64,000 nucleotides of DNA, taken from an uncultured Acidobacteriaceae bacterium. Lineage in GTDB: Bacteria > Acidobacteriota > Terriglobia > Terriglobales > Acidobacteriaceae. Below the pieces are notes generated by a model, which worked only from the letters and a program-made list of their open reading frames with translations, had not been told where the DNA came from and made no database searches. Below, piece by piece: positions 29,324 through 38,072 of the stretch; within the stretch, counting starts at the first letter, position 1; every line of letters begins with the position of its first letter. The DNA lies in contig CAWBJV010000006.1 in NCBI GenBank assembly GCA_963789205.1, positions 277,865 through 341,864 on the forward strand, written 5' to 3'. A program made the translations under genes and the position numbers.

Positions 29324-31876
29324 ATGCCCCTCTTCTGCGACGTCGCCCTCGCCGTCCCGCTAGACACCGTGTTCACCTACGCCATCCCTACTGGCATGGA
29401 GCCGGTGGTTGGCGGACGGGTGCTGGTGCCGTTCCGGCAGCAACGGCTGTCGGGCATCGTGGTTGAACTGCATGATCGTCCGCCGCAGGTTAAGACTCAG
29501 CAGATCAAGAAAGTCATAGAAGCGCTCGACCTCTCGCCGGTTCTCGATGAACATCTGCTGAAACTTGGGAAGTGGATTGCCGATTACTATCTCGCGCCGA
29601 TCGGTGAAGTCTTTCGCACCATGCTGCCGCTCTCCGCCGAGTTTAAACGCGCGATCACGTACCGCATCACCGATGAGGGGCGGATGGCGCTGCATCTGGC
29701 GGGAATGTCAGGGTCTCCAGCGCGGTCGAAACGGACGCCGGAACAGCAGTTGGTCGAATTTCGCGTGCTCGATTATCTGGCAGAGCGGGAGAGCGTGCGC
29801 GAAGAGAGATTGCGAGGGGCGACGCGGGTGGCAAAGGCGCTGCTCAGCGGAATGGTCCGGAAGAAGTGGATCGCGCGCGAGGATGTTTCAGCGGCGCGGG
29901 ATGCGGCGCGCTTGGTGAAGGTGGCGGTGCTGCTTGCGACCGAGACGGGCGTCACGGGCATCAACGAATCTGACGATGGAGCGCCGGGCGTCCGGGCCCG
30001 GCAGGACGGGCCAGAGGCCCGTCACCACACGAACTCGGCCGGGGCAGCAAAGAAGCTCAACGAGAATCAGCGCACTCTGATTGAGGCGCTGGCTGCTTCT
30101 GGCGGGCGCGCTCCGGTCGAAGCTTTGCGCAGCCTCGACGTTCCGCGCACTACGCTCGGCACGCTCGTGCGGCGCGGGTTGATTCAACTGGTGGATGAGC
30201 AGCAGCCAGCCATCAATCCTTCAAGGCTCAAGCCTCGGCAGTCTCCCTTTGAGTTCGAGTTCAGCGCGGCGCAGAAAGAAGCGCTCGGCAAGATTGGCGA
30301 GTTCGTAGCCTCCCACAAATTTGCAGGCCTGCTGCTGCACGGCATCACGGGATCGGGAAAGACGGCGGTGTATCTGGCCTGCATGCGCCAGGTCCTCGAT
30401 CAGGGGCGGTCGTCGATCTTGTTGGTTCCTGAAATTGGGCTGACTCCGGCCGTGGCGGCGGATCTGCATCAGGTGTTCGGCGATGAAGTTGCCATCATCC
30501 ATTCGGGACTCTCGAATGCGGAGCGGGCGGAGCAGTGGCATCGCATCCGGCGAGGCGAGGCGCGGGTGGTGGCGGGAACGCGGTCGGCGGTGTTCGCGCC
30601 AGTCAGCGACTTTGCTCTCGTGATCGTCGATGAGGAGCAGGATTCGTCTTACAAGCAGGAAGAGACGCCGCGTTATCATGCGCGCGATGTGGCGGTGATG
30701 CGCGCAAAAATGGCGGGGGCGGTCGCGGTGCTCGGCTCGGCCACGCCTTCGCTCGAGTCGTACTACAACGCGAAGAAAAACAAATATGCGCTCGTGGAGT
30801 TGCCCGACCGCGTGGAGCGGCGTCCGCTGCCGGAAGTCGAGATTGTCGACATGAGGCAGGAATTCCAGGAGACGGGCCAGGAGCAGGTCATCTCGCGCAA
30901 ACTGGCGGAAGAAATCCGCGAGCGGCTGGAGAAAAAAGAGCAGGTCATGGTGCTGCTCAACCGGCGCGGATATTCTCCGGTGGTGTTGTGCCGCGCGTGC
31001 GGCAAGACGTTGCAGTGCAAGAACTGCGCCGTCTCGATGACTCACCACAAGCGCGAACGCAAAATGGAATGCCACTATTGCGGGCATGTCGAGCACATCC
31101 CCGACAAGTGCGCGCATTGCGGCAGCGAGTATGTCTACTTTGTAGGGACGGGATCGGAGAAGCTGGAAGAGTTGCTGCACGGCATGTTTCCGCAGGCGCG
31201 GATCGGACGCCTCGATCGCGATACGGTGCGCGGACGGGAAGATTTCGAGCATGCGCTGAACGCGCTGAATGAAGGCGCACTCGACATGTTGGTGGGCACG
31301 CAGATGATCGCGAAAGGCCACGACATTCATGGCGTGACTCTGGTCGGCGTAATCGGAGCGGACATGGCGCTCGGACTGCCCGATTTCCGCGCGGCGGAGA
31401 GAACGTTTCAGCTATTGACACAAGTGGCAGGTCGTGCGGGACGTGGACAGTCTCCGGGAAAAGTTGTGTTGCAAACTTATTTTCAGGAGCACTACGCGGT
31501 GCAGTTTGCGGCGCGGCATGACTTTGCTGGGTTCTACGAGAAAGAGCTGCAATTTCGCGCCTGGATGCACTATCCGCCGTACAGCGCGATTGCGAATGTG
31601 CTCATCCGCTCCGAGAAGTTAGACGAGGCGCTGACTTGGTCGGGCGAACTCGGGCGCTGGTTTGAGAAGACGCGGCATGAAGGCATTCGCGTGCTTGGAC
31701 CGGCAGCAGCTCCGATTACGCGATTGAAGCGTGATTACCGTTATCACTTCATCCTGAAGTCTCCCAGCCGCGAGAAGATGAATGCGCTTTTGCGGGCGAT
31801 GCTGGCCGAAGCCGTGGCGCGAAAGATTCCGCGAACGCAGGTGATTGTGGATGTGGATGCGGTGTGGCTGATGTAA
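29324..31876 (+). CDS. priA: Primosomal protein N' (replication restart helicase PriA)
   Basis: 850 aa. 'FCDVALAVPLDTVFTYAIP' N-terminus, Walker A 'GITGSGKT', 'VIVDEEQD', Cys-rich zinc module 'CRACGKTLQCKNCAVSMTHHKRERKMECHYCGHVEHIPDKCAHCGS'. Confidence 0.9.
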   Translation: MPLFCDVALAVPLDTVFTYAIPTGMEPVVGGRVLVPFRQQRLSGIVVELHDRPPQVKTQQIKKVIEALDLSPVLDEHLLKLGKWIADYYLAPIGEVFRTMLPLSAEFKRAITYRITDEGRMALHLAGMSGSPARSKRTPEQQLVEFRVLDYLAERESVREERLRGATRVAKALLSGMVRKKWIAREDVSAARDAARLVKVAVLLATETGVTGINESDDGAPGVRARQDGPEARHHTNSAGAAKKLNENQRTLIEALAASGGRAPVEALRSLDVPRTTLGTLVRRGLIQLVDEQQPAINPSRLKPRQSPFEFEFSAAQKEALGKIGEFVASHKFAGLLLHGITGSGKTAVYLACMRQVLDQGRSSILLVPEIGLTPAVAADLHQVFGDEVAIIHSGLSNAERAEQWHRIRRGEARVVAGTRSAVFAPVSDFALVIVDEEQDSSYKQEETPRYHARDVAVMRAKMAGAVAVLGSATPSLESYYNAKKNKYALVELPDRVERRPLPEVEIVDMRQEFQETGQEQVISRKLAEEIRERLEKKEQVMVLLNRRGYSPVVLCRACGKTLQCKNCAVSMTHHKRERKMECHYCGHVEHIPDKCAHCGSEYVYFVGTGSEKLEELLHGMFPQARIGRLDRDTVRGREDFEHALNALNEGALDMLVGTQMIAKGHDIHGVTLVGVIGADMALGLPDFRAAERTFQLLTQVAGRAGRGQSPGKVVLQTYFQEHYAVQFAARHDFAGFYEKELQFRAWMHYPPYSAIANVLIRSEKLDEALTWSGELGRWFEKTRHEGIRVLGPAAAPITRLKRDYRYHFILKSPSREKMNALLRAMLAEAVARKIPRTQVIVDVDAVWLM

Positions 31877-31982
31877 AGACAGCCATTGGCATTTAGCCGT
31901 TGGCTTTTAGCTCAAGGCTGGTGGGCGAGAACATTCGGATCAAAACAGCTTTGCGATGTCGTCTCTTTTCGACGCAGCTGGG

Positions 31983-32000
31983 GACGCGGCAAGCCGCGTC
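31983..32000. terminator. GC-rich hairpin between the convergent priA and M50 protease genes
   Basis: GACGCGGC-AA-GCCGCGTC (31983-32000). It belongs to the same REP family as 26803-26826. Confidence 0.45.
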
Positions 32001-32011
32001 TCTACTGGAAA

Positions 32012-33070
32012 TTATTTGCGATGCAGCAGATGGCGAACGCCGTCGCGGAGATCGTGCAGCGTTTCTCGGCTTCCGTCACGGATTACAGGCCACACGTCCC
32101 GACCCGAGCTGTGCGTGAAGGGAGCGGGGGTAAAGGTGAGGACCAGCATCAGAGCGGCACAAATCGCGAGGACGCGGCGGCGGCCGGAGACATCGGGATA
32201 GCGGGGTACGCGTGGATGCCGCAAGGTCAAAGTTAGCATCACCGCCCAGAGGAACCAACCCGTCCAAAGATATTTTCCGAGCGGCACGAGCGCGAAGACT
32301 GTGAACATTGAAATCCAGCGGTGCAGGCGCGGCGAAATGGAAAATACGATGTGGCCGCCGTCGAGTTGGCCGCCCGGCAGCAGGTTGAGGGCAGTGGCGA
32401 ACATTCCGACCCATGCGGCGGCGGCGATCGGATGCAGCGAGAGCGCTGAGAGCGGCACGCTGATATGCAGCAAGCGTGCAGCGACATGAAAAACCAGCGG
32501 AAATCCTAGTTGAATCTCTGAGGCAGCAGAACCAGCGATGGGATGTGAGAGCGAGATGCCGACGAACAAAGCCACGCAAGCCGGGATGAATCCAGCGATC
32601 GGCCCGGCGATTCCGATGTCGAAGAGCGCGGCGCGCGAGGGGATCGGGCTCTTGATGCGGATGAAGGCGCCGAGCGTTCCGATCAGGCTGGGAAAAGGTA
32701 CGAAGAACGGCAGCGTCGCATACACGCGATAATGGCGGGCATAGAGGTAGTGTCCCATCTCGTGCGCGAAGAGGATGAACATCAGCGTGAGCGAGAAAGG
32801 AAGGCCCAGCAGCAGGTTTGTAGGATGTTGCGCGATCCAGCCGATTGGGAACAGAGAGAGTGAATCGTCATTCAGCGAAAATACCGGTTGTTGGTGCAGG
32901 AAGTTGAACTCCATGCGGGCGCCAACGACCGTTGTGCTGAACATCGTCAGCACGAAGAACAGCCCATAGAGCCACCAGCGCTGGCGGGGCGGTGGGATAA
33001 CCCAGACACCTGGCTGGGGCTGAGGTTCCCATTCGAGGGAGGTCGGAAAAGGGGATGCGGGTTCGGACAT
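32012..33070 (-). CDS. M50-family site-2 metalloprotease (membrane)
   Basis: 352-aa multi-TM ORF with the zinc motif 'FAHEMGHYLYA' and a second conserved 'LLPGGQLDGGH' motif. Confidence 0.8.
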   Translation of the reverse strand: MSEPASPFPTSLEWEPQPQPGVWVIPPPRQRWWLYGLFFVLTMFSTTVVGARMEFNFLHQQPVFSLNDDSLSLFPIGWIAQHPTNLLLGLPFSLTLMFILFAHEMGHYLYARHYRVYATLPFFVPFPSLIGTLGAFIRIKSPIPSRAALFDIGIAGPIAGFIPACVALFVGISLSHPIAGSAASEIQLGFPLVFHVAARLLHISVPLSALSLHPIAAAAWVGMFATALNLLPGGQLDGGHIVFSISPRLHRWISMFTVFALVPLGKYLWTGWFLWAVMLTLTLRHPRVPRYPDVSGRRRVLAICAALMLVLTFTPAPFTHSSGRDVWPVIRDGSRETLHDLRDGVRHLLHRK

Positions 33071-33092
33071 AGGACCCTGAGGTCAGAGGTTA

Positions 33093-33158
33093 GATTGCAG
33101 AGGTCAAGAAGCCATCGCAGTCGTTACTTCTGCAATCTGACGTCTGCCCTCTGCAATC
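33093..33158. repeat. Intergenic repeat cluster built on CTGCAATC
   Basis: GATTGCAGAGG (33093-33103) is the exact inverse of CCTCTGCAATC (33148-33158). TCTGCAATC is a direct repeat at 33129-33137 and 33150-33158. Confidence 0.6.
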
Positions 33159-33166
33159 GCGAGCAG

Positions 33167-33436
33167 CTAGTCAATCGACTGCAGTTCCTTCCCGGGCTTG
33201 AAGCGGACGGCCTTGCCTGGCGGAATCGAAACTTCGGCGCCGGTGCGCGGATTCCGTCCGATGCCGGTCTTGCGCGGACGCACGTTAAACACGCCAAAAC
33301 CGCGCAGTTCAATACGGTCGCCGGTCGAGAGTGCCTTCTTCATGCTTTCGAAGACGGTTTCAACGGCAAGCTCCGCCTTGGTCTTGGTGATCCCGGTGCG
33401 GTTGACGACTTCATTGATGATGTCGAGCTTAATCAC
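33167..33436 (-). CDS. IHF/HU-family DNA-bending protein (IHF-like)
   Basis: 89 aa. 'RIELRGFGVFNVRPRKTGIGRNPRTGAEVSIPPGKAVRFKPGKEL' matches the IHF/HU beta-arm signature. Confidence 0.85.
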   Translation of the reverse strand: MIKLDIINEVVNRTGITKTKAELAVETVFESMKKALSTGDRIELRGFGVFNVRPRKTGIGRNPRTGAEVSIPPGKAVRFKPGKELQSID

Positions 33437-33552
33437 GGGTCTCTCCCGTCTCCCGAGAATTGGTCTGTCTCAAGTTATTGATGCTAAGGGAGATAGCGCG
33501 GATTGTCAACCGACGAGTGTTACAGAACTGATTCTCTTGCAAATTCATGAAT

Positions 33553-34770
33553 CTACGCCGTGGCGAGATTGAGTGTGGGACCCGAAATGCCACTGCTGCT
33601 GTACGAGTCGGGCCGCTTGAATTGCTTGCTGAGAGCTAGTCCCTGCTGCTGGTAGGAAGAGTTAATGGATGCGCCATATACCCTCTCCGGTTTGCTGGCC
33701 ATTGGGTAATAATGCAGTCTGCCGACTAGATCCTCGTCCTCTAGCAAGATCGGCACTTCGTATGCCCTCACTTCCAGCACGGCCGTTGTTCCCGGGATTT
33801 CTCCGCCGGCTCCATATCCAAAGCCGGGGTCGAAGAATCCGGCGTAATGCACCCGAAATTCGCCCATGCTAGGATCATGCGCGACCATCTCCGCTGCATG
33901 ATCGAGAGGGATGCGCACCCGTTTCTTAGAGGCCAATAGATAGAAACCACCAGTATCGAGAATAATGCGGCCGTCGCTGGGCCTTGGGATTGCCTCCCAG
34001 AAATCTGCCGGGTCATAGTAGCCGATTTTGTCCAGTTCTATCTCTCGGTCGGATCCTTTGGCCTTATAGGCGACGATACTCGCGCGGTTGCTGCCTTCCA
34101 GGTCTACGGTAATCTCCACGCCGTCGCCAACGTGATTCTTCGAGGGGCTGCCTTCAGCATCGTAGACAAGGCGCTGCTCCTTCGCCAGTTCTCTCAGATT
34201 TCCGTTACCTAGCCTTGCTGAGGTGCCCCGCACAAAGCGCAGTTGGTTGAGTTTCATCCCAGCCCTCAGACGTATTGGAAACGTTCTAGAGGAAACTTCC
34301 ACATAAAGTTGGCCGGAGTACCCTTTCTCAACATGGTCGAACTCATCACCGCACTCGGTAATTAACCGCGTAAATATGTCGAGGCGTCCAGTTGTGCTCT
34401 TCGGGTTGGCTACACCTTGAATATTGTTTGGAAGGTTCAGTCGTTCGAGCAGCGGGATTATGTACACGACGCGGGGTTCCAACAAAGGCGGAGTCGGCTG
34501 GGTGAGGTCAATAGTGGAGTGGAGCAACTCGTGCACCTTTGTAAGAAGAGTGGCCGAGCGCCCACGCAGGAAACTCGCTTCAACACGATAAGCCTCACGG
34601 CCCAAGCGCAGATCAAGACTTGCCGGTTGGAGTTGAGAGTCTGACACTTCTGGGCTAGCGCTTATGCGGCCAGCCTGCACGAGTCGCTTGATCTCTTGCC
34701 AAGGCAGAATACCGTCCCCGCCCTTTTGGTCGTATATTTCGGGGAACAGCGACCGCTCCACGATACCCAC
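33553..34770 (-). CDS. Long-form Dcd-like 2'-deoxycytidine 5'-triphosphate deaminase family protein (dUTPase fold). The start is uncertain.
   Basis: 'GILPWQEIKRLVQAGRI...LQPASLDLRLGREAYRV', 'ANPKSTTGRLDIFTRLI' and 'GEFRVHYAGFFDPGFGYG...AVLEVRAYEVP' resemble Dcd signatures (ASVDLRLG, GRSSLARLG, DPGW, LEF). GTG 34770 is preceded by GAGG. ORF-track start 34884 would overlap the upstream gene. Confidence 0.65.
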   Translation of the reverse strand: MGIVERSLFPEIYDQKGGDGILPWQEIKRLVQAGRISASPEVSDSQLQPASLDLRLGREAYRVEASFLRGRSATLLTKVHELLHSTIDLTQPTPPLLEPRVVYIIPLLERLNLPNNIQGVANPKSTTGRLDIFTRLITECGDEFDHVEKGYSGQLYVEVSSRTFPIRLRAGMKLNQLRFVRGTSARLGNGNLRELAKEQRLVYDAEGSPSKNHVGDGVEITVDLEGSNRASIVAYKAKGSDREIELDKIGYYDPADFWEAIPRPSDGRIILDTGGFYLLASKKRVRIPLDHAAEMVAHDPSMGEFRVHYAGFFDPGFGYGAGGEIPGTTAVLEVRAYEVPILLEDEDLVGRLHYYPMASKPERVYGASINSSYQQQGLALSKQFKRPDSYSSSGISGPTLNLATA

Positions 34771-34787
34771 TCTCAACCTCACGACTC

Positions 34788-35006
34788 TTACGAATTGCGG
34801 TGCTTCTCTGCAGCCGCTATTGCCTTCTTGTGTCTGTCCGTGAGCTCGGCTTTGTAATATTCGCCATAGCAGTCGAGACTGCAAAACCCACCGTCACTCT
34901 TCTTGCCACTCCCGACACGATTACCGTCGGGAATCTTCTTGGCGCAGTTTGGGCAAACACCCTTGTCCCAGAGTTCAAGGAGATAACTCCGCTCCTGGCC
35001 TGCCAT
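34788..35006 (-). CDS. Small zinc-ribbon protein (C-x2-C ... F-C-S-x2-C, TRASH/YacG-like)
   Basis: 72-aa ORF 'MAGQERSYLLELWDKGVCPNCAKKIP...GGFCSLDCYGEYY'. Its stop is 17 nt before the proposed Dcd-like start, on the same strand and in the same low-GC tract. Confidence 0.45.
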   Translation of the reverse strand: MAGQERSYLLELWDKGVCPNCAKKIPDGNRVGSGKKSDGGFCSLDCYGEYYKAELTDRHKKAIAAAEKHRNS

Positions 35007-35214
35007 CGTCGCCTCGGTGCGCCCGCTCGTTCTCTAACGCCCTTTTTGTTTCCTCAAGGGTCTCAGGCAACGGCTCCCCTGTGTGAAAGAGGTAACCCGC
35101 GCGCTGCAAATACAATTCTAACGTGTCTACGGCTCGCTCAAAGCCGCCTGATACTTCGATGTACACGGGTACCACGAAGACGCTAGGCAATTGTCGCGGC
35201 TCCTCCAACTGCAT
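34975..35214 (-). CDS. Small hypothetical protein (79 aa). It overlaps the next ORF by 32 nt and may be fused to it by a frame change.
   Basis: ORF 'MQLEEPRQLPSVFVVPVYIEVSGGFERAVDTLELYLQRAGYLFHTGEPLPETLEETKRALENERA..' is the first ORF after a good sigma-70-like promoter. I recognise no family. Confidence 0.35.
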   Translation of the reverse strand: MQLEEPRQLPSVFVVPVYIEVSGGFERAVDTLELYLQRAGYLFHTGEPLPETLEETKRALENERAHRGDDGRPGAELSP

Positions 35215-35265
35215 TGTGGCTGGTGTGATCTATAGAATAATCGCCAGACGCGATTCGTTGGGATC

Positions 35266-35294
35266 ACTTTATCCGCGATAGGTTCTGGCGTCAA
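35266..35294 (-). promoter_or_regulatory. Sigma-70-like promoter TTGACG-17 nt-TAAAGT for the small-ORF/Dcd-like operon
   Basis: Minus strand: TTGACG (35294-35289), 17-nt spacer, TAAAGT (35271-35266). It is about 52 nt upstream of ATG 35214. Confidence 0.4.
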
Positions 35295-35375
35295 TGTGTA
35301 CGCCTGTGAAAAACGTGGCACTATTGACGGAGATTGTTCTGCCATTAAACAGCAATTTGTCCCAGGGATGACCGC

Positions 35376-35843
35376 CTACTTCCGCTCGCCCTCGCCTTCC
35401 TTGAACATGTATTTGATGGCGGGCTTGTAGATCATCAGATTAGCGGAGCCGGCGCGGTTCAGCTTGATGCAGTTCTTGTCGTACCACTCGATATAGCCGT
35501 GGACTTCCTCGCCGTCGCGCAACACGATGACCATGGGGGTCTTCGACTGCATCTGCTTCTGATAATAAAAATTTTCTGCGTTAGTCTGCTCGGTAGGCGC
35601 GGTCTTCTTGGCCGGAGCGGCGGAACGGTCACGATCCCTATCTCGGTCCCTGTCCCGGCGCTCAGCGGGCGCGTGGTTGTGAGCATGACTATTGTGGTTG
35701 TGGTCGGTGCGATTGAGGATCGGGCGGATCAGCTTGCGATTCGCGAAGCTTTCCTGATCGGCGGATTGTTCAGCGGGTATGGAGTCGACTGCATCTTTCA
35801 AATCGCACCACCTGCGCGCCGGGCGAACAGAATGCCACAACAC
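35376..35843 (-). CDS. Hfq-like Sm-fold RNA chaperone with a long low-complexity N-terminal extension. The start is uncertain.
   Basis: The C-terminal 60 aa 'FYYQKQMQSKTPMVIVLRDGEEVHGYIEWYDKNCIKLNR...LMIYKPAIKYM' parallels Hfq Sm1/Sm2 (FLN..R...V.I.L.NG..L.G.I..FD.F...L / ..VYKHAIS). Upstream is 'HNHNSHAHNHAPAERRDRDRDRDRDRS'. Confidence 0.55.
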   Translation of the reverse strand: MLWHSVRPARRWCDLKDAVDSIPAEQSADQESFANRKLIRPILNRTDHNHNSHAHNHAPAERRDRDRDRDRDRSAAPAKKTAPTEQTNAENFYYQKQMQSKTPMVIVLRDGEEVHGYIEWYDKNCIKLNRAGSANLMIYKPAIKYMFKEGEGERK

Positions 35844-36026
35844 TTGAGCCTGAATTGTGGGTCCAGAGGTGTGAACTGACGGTTACGGTATCACAGCGGA
35901 CAGGCGATGACAATCCTTTGTGCAGTGTCTTTTGTGCAATAGGATGGTTCCCGCCGCGTGGGATATAGTTGCTCGATTCGGTGCTTTTTCGTCTCGGCAG
36001 GCTGGATCCGTAAGGTCTTCCCACCT

Positions 36027-36055
36027 GTAGAGACGGGGCTTGCCCCATCTTTTTT
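36027..36055 (+). repeat. REP-type hairpin followed by a T-run in the holB-hfq spacer
   Basis: AGACGGGGC-TT-GCCCCATCT (36031-36050), then TTTTT. A second degenerate copy at 36076-36098 abuts the holB stop. Confidence 0.5.
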
Positions 36056-36097
36056 GCACGGGGGTGCCCTCAGCCGGAGACACGGCAAGCCGCATCT

Positions 36098-37210
36098 CTA
36101 CCAGGAAGCGCGCTCCAGCGCGGTAGCGAAGGCATCGAGCGAGAGCGAGCGCAGCAGGTTGCGGCGCAGCCCACGCTCCACTTCGCCGAGACCTTCCGCC
36201 GCGCGCCGCACCCAGGCGAAGTCGGCGGACTCAGACATTTTCTTCAGTTCGCCCTGAATGTCCGTATTCCGGACCAGTTGCGCCGCCCCCGATTGCAGGA
36301 ACATCAGGTCTTCGAGCAATGAGTAGAAGGTGCGAAGAAGGTTGTCGATTTTCGCGCGGCCCTCGGCGCCCGAACGGTAGCTTTCTGTGACTTTGAACAA
36401 CTCGGTGTGGGCGCTGTTGCTGTCGTTACCGAGCGCGGATTTCAGCATGATTAGAGCATGGTTGCGAGCTGCCACATAGCTTTCGAGATCGAAGGATAGG
36501 GCGCGTCCGATGGCGCCTTCGCTGAGGCGGGCGACCAGCGCGCGCTGCCGTGCATTCCACTCGGGGCGAAGCTGGGCGAGCCGGCTCTCGATCTCCGTGA
36601 CCGCCAGTGCCCCCAGGTTGAAGATCATGGAGCGGGAACGGATCGTCGGCAGCAGTTCGCCGGGGTTCTCAGTGAGCAGAAAAATGCTGGCGAACTCGGG
36701 CGGCTCCTCCAGAACTTTGAGCAGCGAGTTGGCGGCCTCCTTCATGAAGGCCGAACTGGTGAAGATGTAAACCCGTTCGCGGGCTTCACCGGGCCGATAG
36801 TAGATGGTCTCAATCACATGGCGAACCTGATCGACCTTGATCATCAGTTGCGGAGGGTCGGGCGGGATAATGAGCACATCGGGGTGAGTCTGGACGAAGA
36901 GCCGGGTTTCTTTCTTGTCCGTGTCGCGCAGATTTTCGCGAGCCTCGACGGCTTCGGCGAAACGGGAGGCGAGGTCTTCGGATTGAGCGATGCGAGTGCA
37001 GTTCGAGCAGTGTCCGCAGAAATCGGGCATGCCGTCAGTGGTCGGCCGCTCCAGGCAGTTCAGCGTGCGGGCGAGCATAAGCGCGAGCGTGTACTTGCCC
37101 GATCCCTGCGCGCCGGAAAGAATGACGGCGTGCGGAAAGCGCTTGCGCGCCAGCATCTCGCGCAGGCGATGGATGGTCTCCGGGTTGCCAACGAAATCGG
37201 AAAATGGCAT
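36098..37210 (-). CDS. holB: DNA polymerase III delta' subunit
   Basis: 'FSDFVGNPETIHRLREMLARKRFPHAVILSGAQGSGKYTLALMLARTLNC...FCGHCSNC...IFLLTENP..LLPTIRSRS' is the clamp-loader delta' pattern. ATG 37210 is chosen, because the ORF-track start 37270 lies in a REP hairpin. Confidence 0.85.
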   Translation of the reverse strand: MPFSDFVGNPETIHRLREMLARKRFPHAVILSGAQGSGKYTLALMLARTLNCLERPTTDGMPDFCGHCSNCTRIAQSEDLASRFAEAVEARENLRDTDKKETRLFVQTHPDVLIIPPDPPQLMIKVDQVRHVIETIYYRPGEARERVYIFTSSAFMKEAANSLLKVLEEPPEFASIFLLTENPGELLPTIRSRSMIFNLGALAVTEIESRLAQLRPEWNARQRALVARLSEGAIGRALSFDLESYVAARNHALIMLKSALGNDSNSAHTELFKVTESYRSGAEGRAKIDNLLRTFYSLLEDLMFLQSGAAQLVRNTDIQGELKKMSESADFAWVRRAAEGLGEVERGLRRNLLRSLSLDAFATALERASW

Positions 37211-37230
37211 AAAGACGCTGCTGGCGATTA

Positions 37231-37274
37231 GCTCTTGGCTCTTAGCTAAAAGCCAAACGCTAAGAGACAAGAGC
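37231..37274. repeat. Hairpin repeat in the tmk-holB spacer
   Basis: GCTCTTGGCTCTTAGC (37231-37246) pairs with GCTAAGAGACAAGAGC (37259-37274), 15 of 16 complementary. Confidence 0.55.
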
Positions 37275-37280
37275 TCTTCC

Positions 37281-37952
37281 TCAGATCTTCAATTTCTTGC
37301 GCACCAACTCCATGATAACGGCATGCGTTTCGTTGGGCGTACCTCGGGCGTTTACCACGTGCACCCGCTGTGGCTCGCGGGCCGCGATCGCCAGGTAGGC
37401 GTGGCGGACGCGTCCAAAGAAAGCGCGGTTTTCCTGCTCAAAGCGGTTCTCGTCTTTTTCCGAGCTTTTTTCCGATCGGCCACCTTTGTGTTTGCGATTG
37501 CGGCGCCGAGCGCGCTCGACGGTGAACGCCACCTCATTGTCTAGTAAGACGGTCAGGTCGGGCTGCAGATTTCCGCAGAGGATTTCGTGCATCTGCAGCA
37601 CCGGCTTCGTGCCCAGTTTGCGGCCTCCACCCTGGTAAGCCTCGGTCGAATCGGTGAAGCGATCCGAGAGCACGATGCGCCCTTCGGCGAGCGCGGGCAG
37701 AATGACCTCGTGAATATGCTGGGCGCGGGAAGCGAACATAAGCGCCATTTCAGTGAACGGAGAAAGGCCCGAGGTAGCGGAGTGCAACAGCACCTCGCGA
37801 ATTCTTTCGCCGGCGGCGGTGCCGCCCGGTTCGCGAGTCACGGTGACAGAAAGGCCGTGGGCGCGCAGGGAACGGGCCAGTTTTTCGATTTGCGTGCTCT
37901 TGCCGCTGCCGTCGAGACCTTCGAAAGTAATAAATTTTCCGCGTGCAGGCAC
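37281..37952 (-). CDS. tmk: Thymidylate kinase
   Basis: 'GKFITFEGLDGSGKSTQ', 'TREPGGT' and 'LSDRFTDSTEAYQG' motifs. It is upstream of holB, as in many bacteria. Confidence 0.9.
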   Translation of the reverse strand: MPARGKFITFEGLDGSGKSTQIEKLARSLRAHGLSVTVTREPGGTAAGERIREVLLHSATSGLSPFTEMALMFASRAQHIHEVILPALAEGRIVLSDRFTDSTEAYQGGGRKLGTKPVLQMHEILCGNLQPDLTVLLDNEVAFTVERARRRNRKHKGGRSEKSSEKDENRFEQENRAFFGRVRHAYLAIAAREPQRVHVVNARGTPNETHAVIMELVRKKLKI

Positions 37953-38072
37953 GTCGGAGATGATAGCAGGCTGGGATGCCGGTTGATGGCAGCGAATCGG
38001 ACCCGCAGACTGATATATTTACGTGCGGTCCAATTTGCATCGCTGCGCACGAAACGACAATCCGGAGGCGGA

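Noticed and set aside
34771-34884. 38-codon N-terminal extension of the Dcd-like ORF (track start 34884)
   Set aside because: It would overlap the upstream zinc-ribbon ORF by 97 nt, and family similarity begins at 'GILPWQ'. A GTG at 34770 with an upstream GAGG fits better, though the start remains uncertain.
36027-36055. Hairpin plus T-run as a functional plus-strand intrinsic terminator
   Set aside because: No plus-strand gene ends upstream of it, since both neighbours are on the minus strand. It is listed as a REP-family copy rather than a terminator.
37587-38072. 162-codon N-terminal extension of the M61 peptidase ORF
   Set aside because: It runs antisense through tmk and has no peptidase similarity. 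ATG 38073 gives a proper signal peptide.
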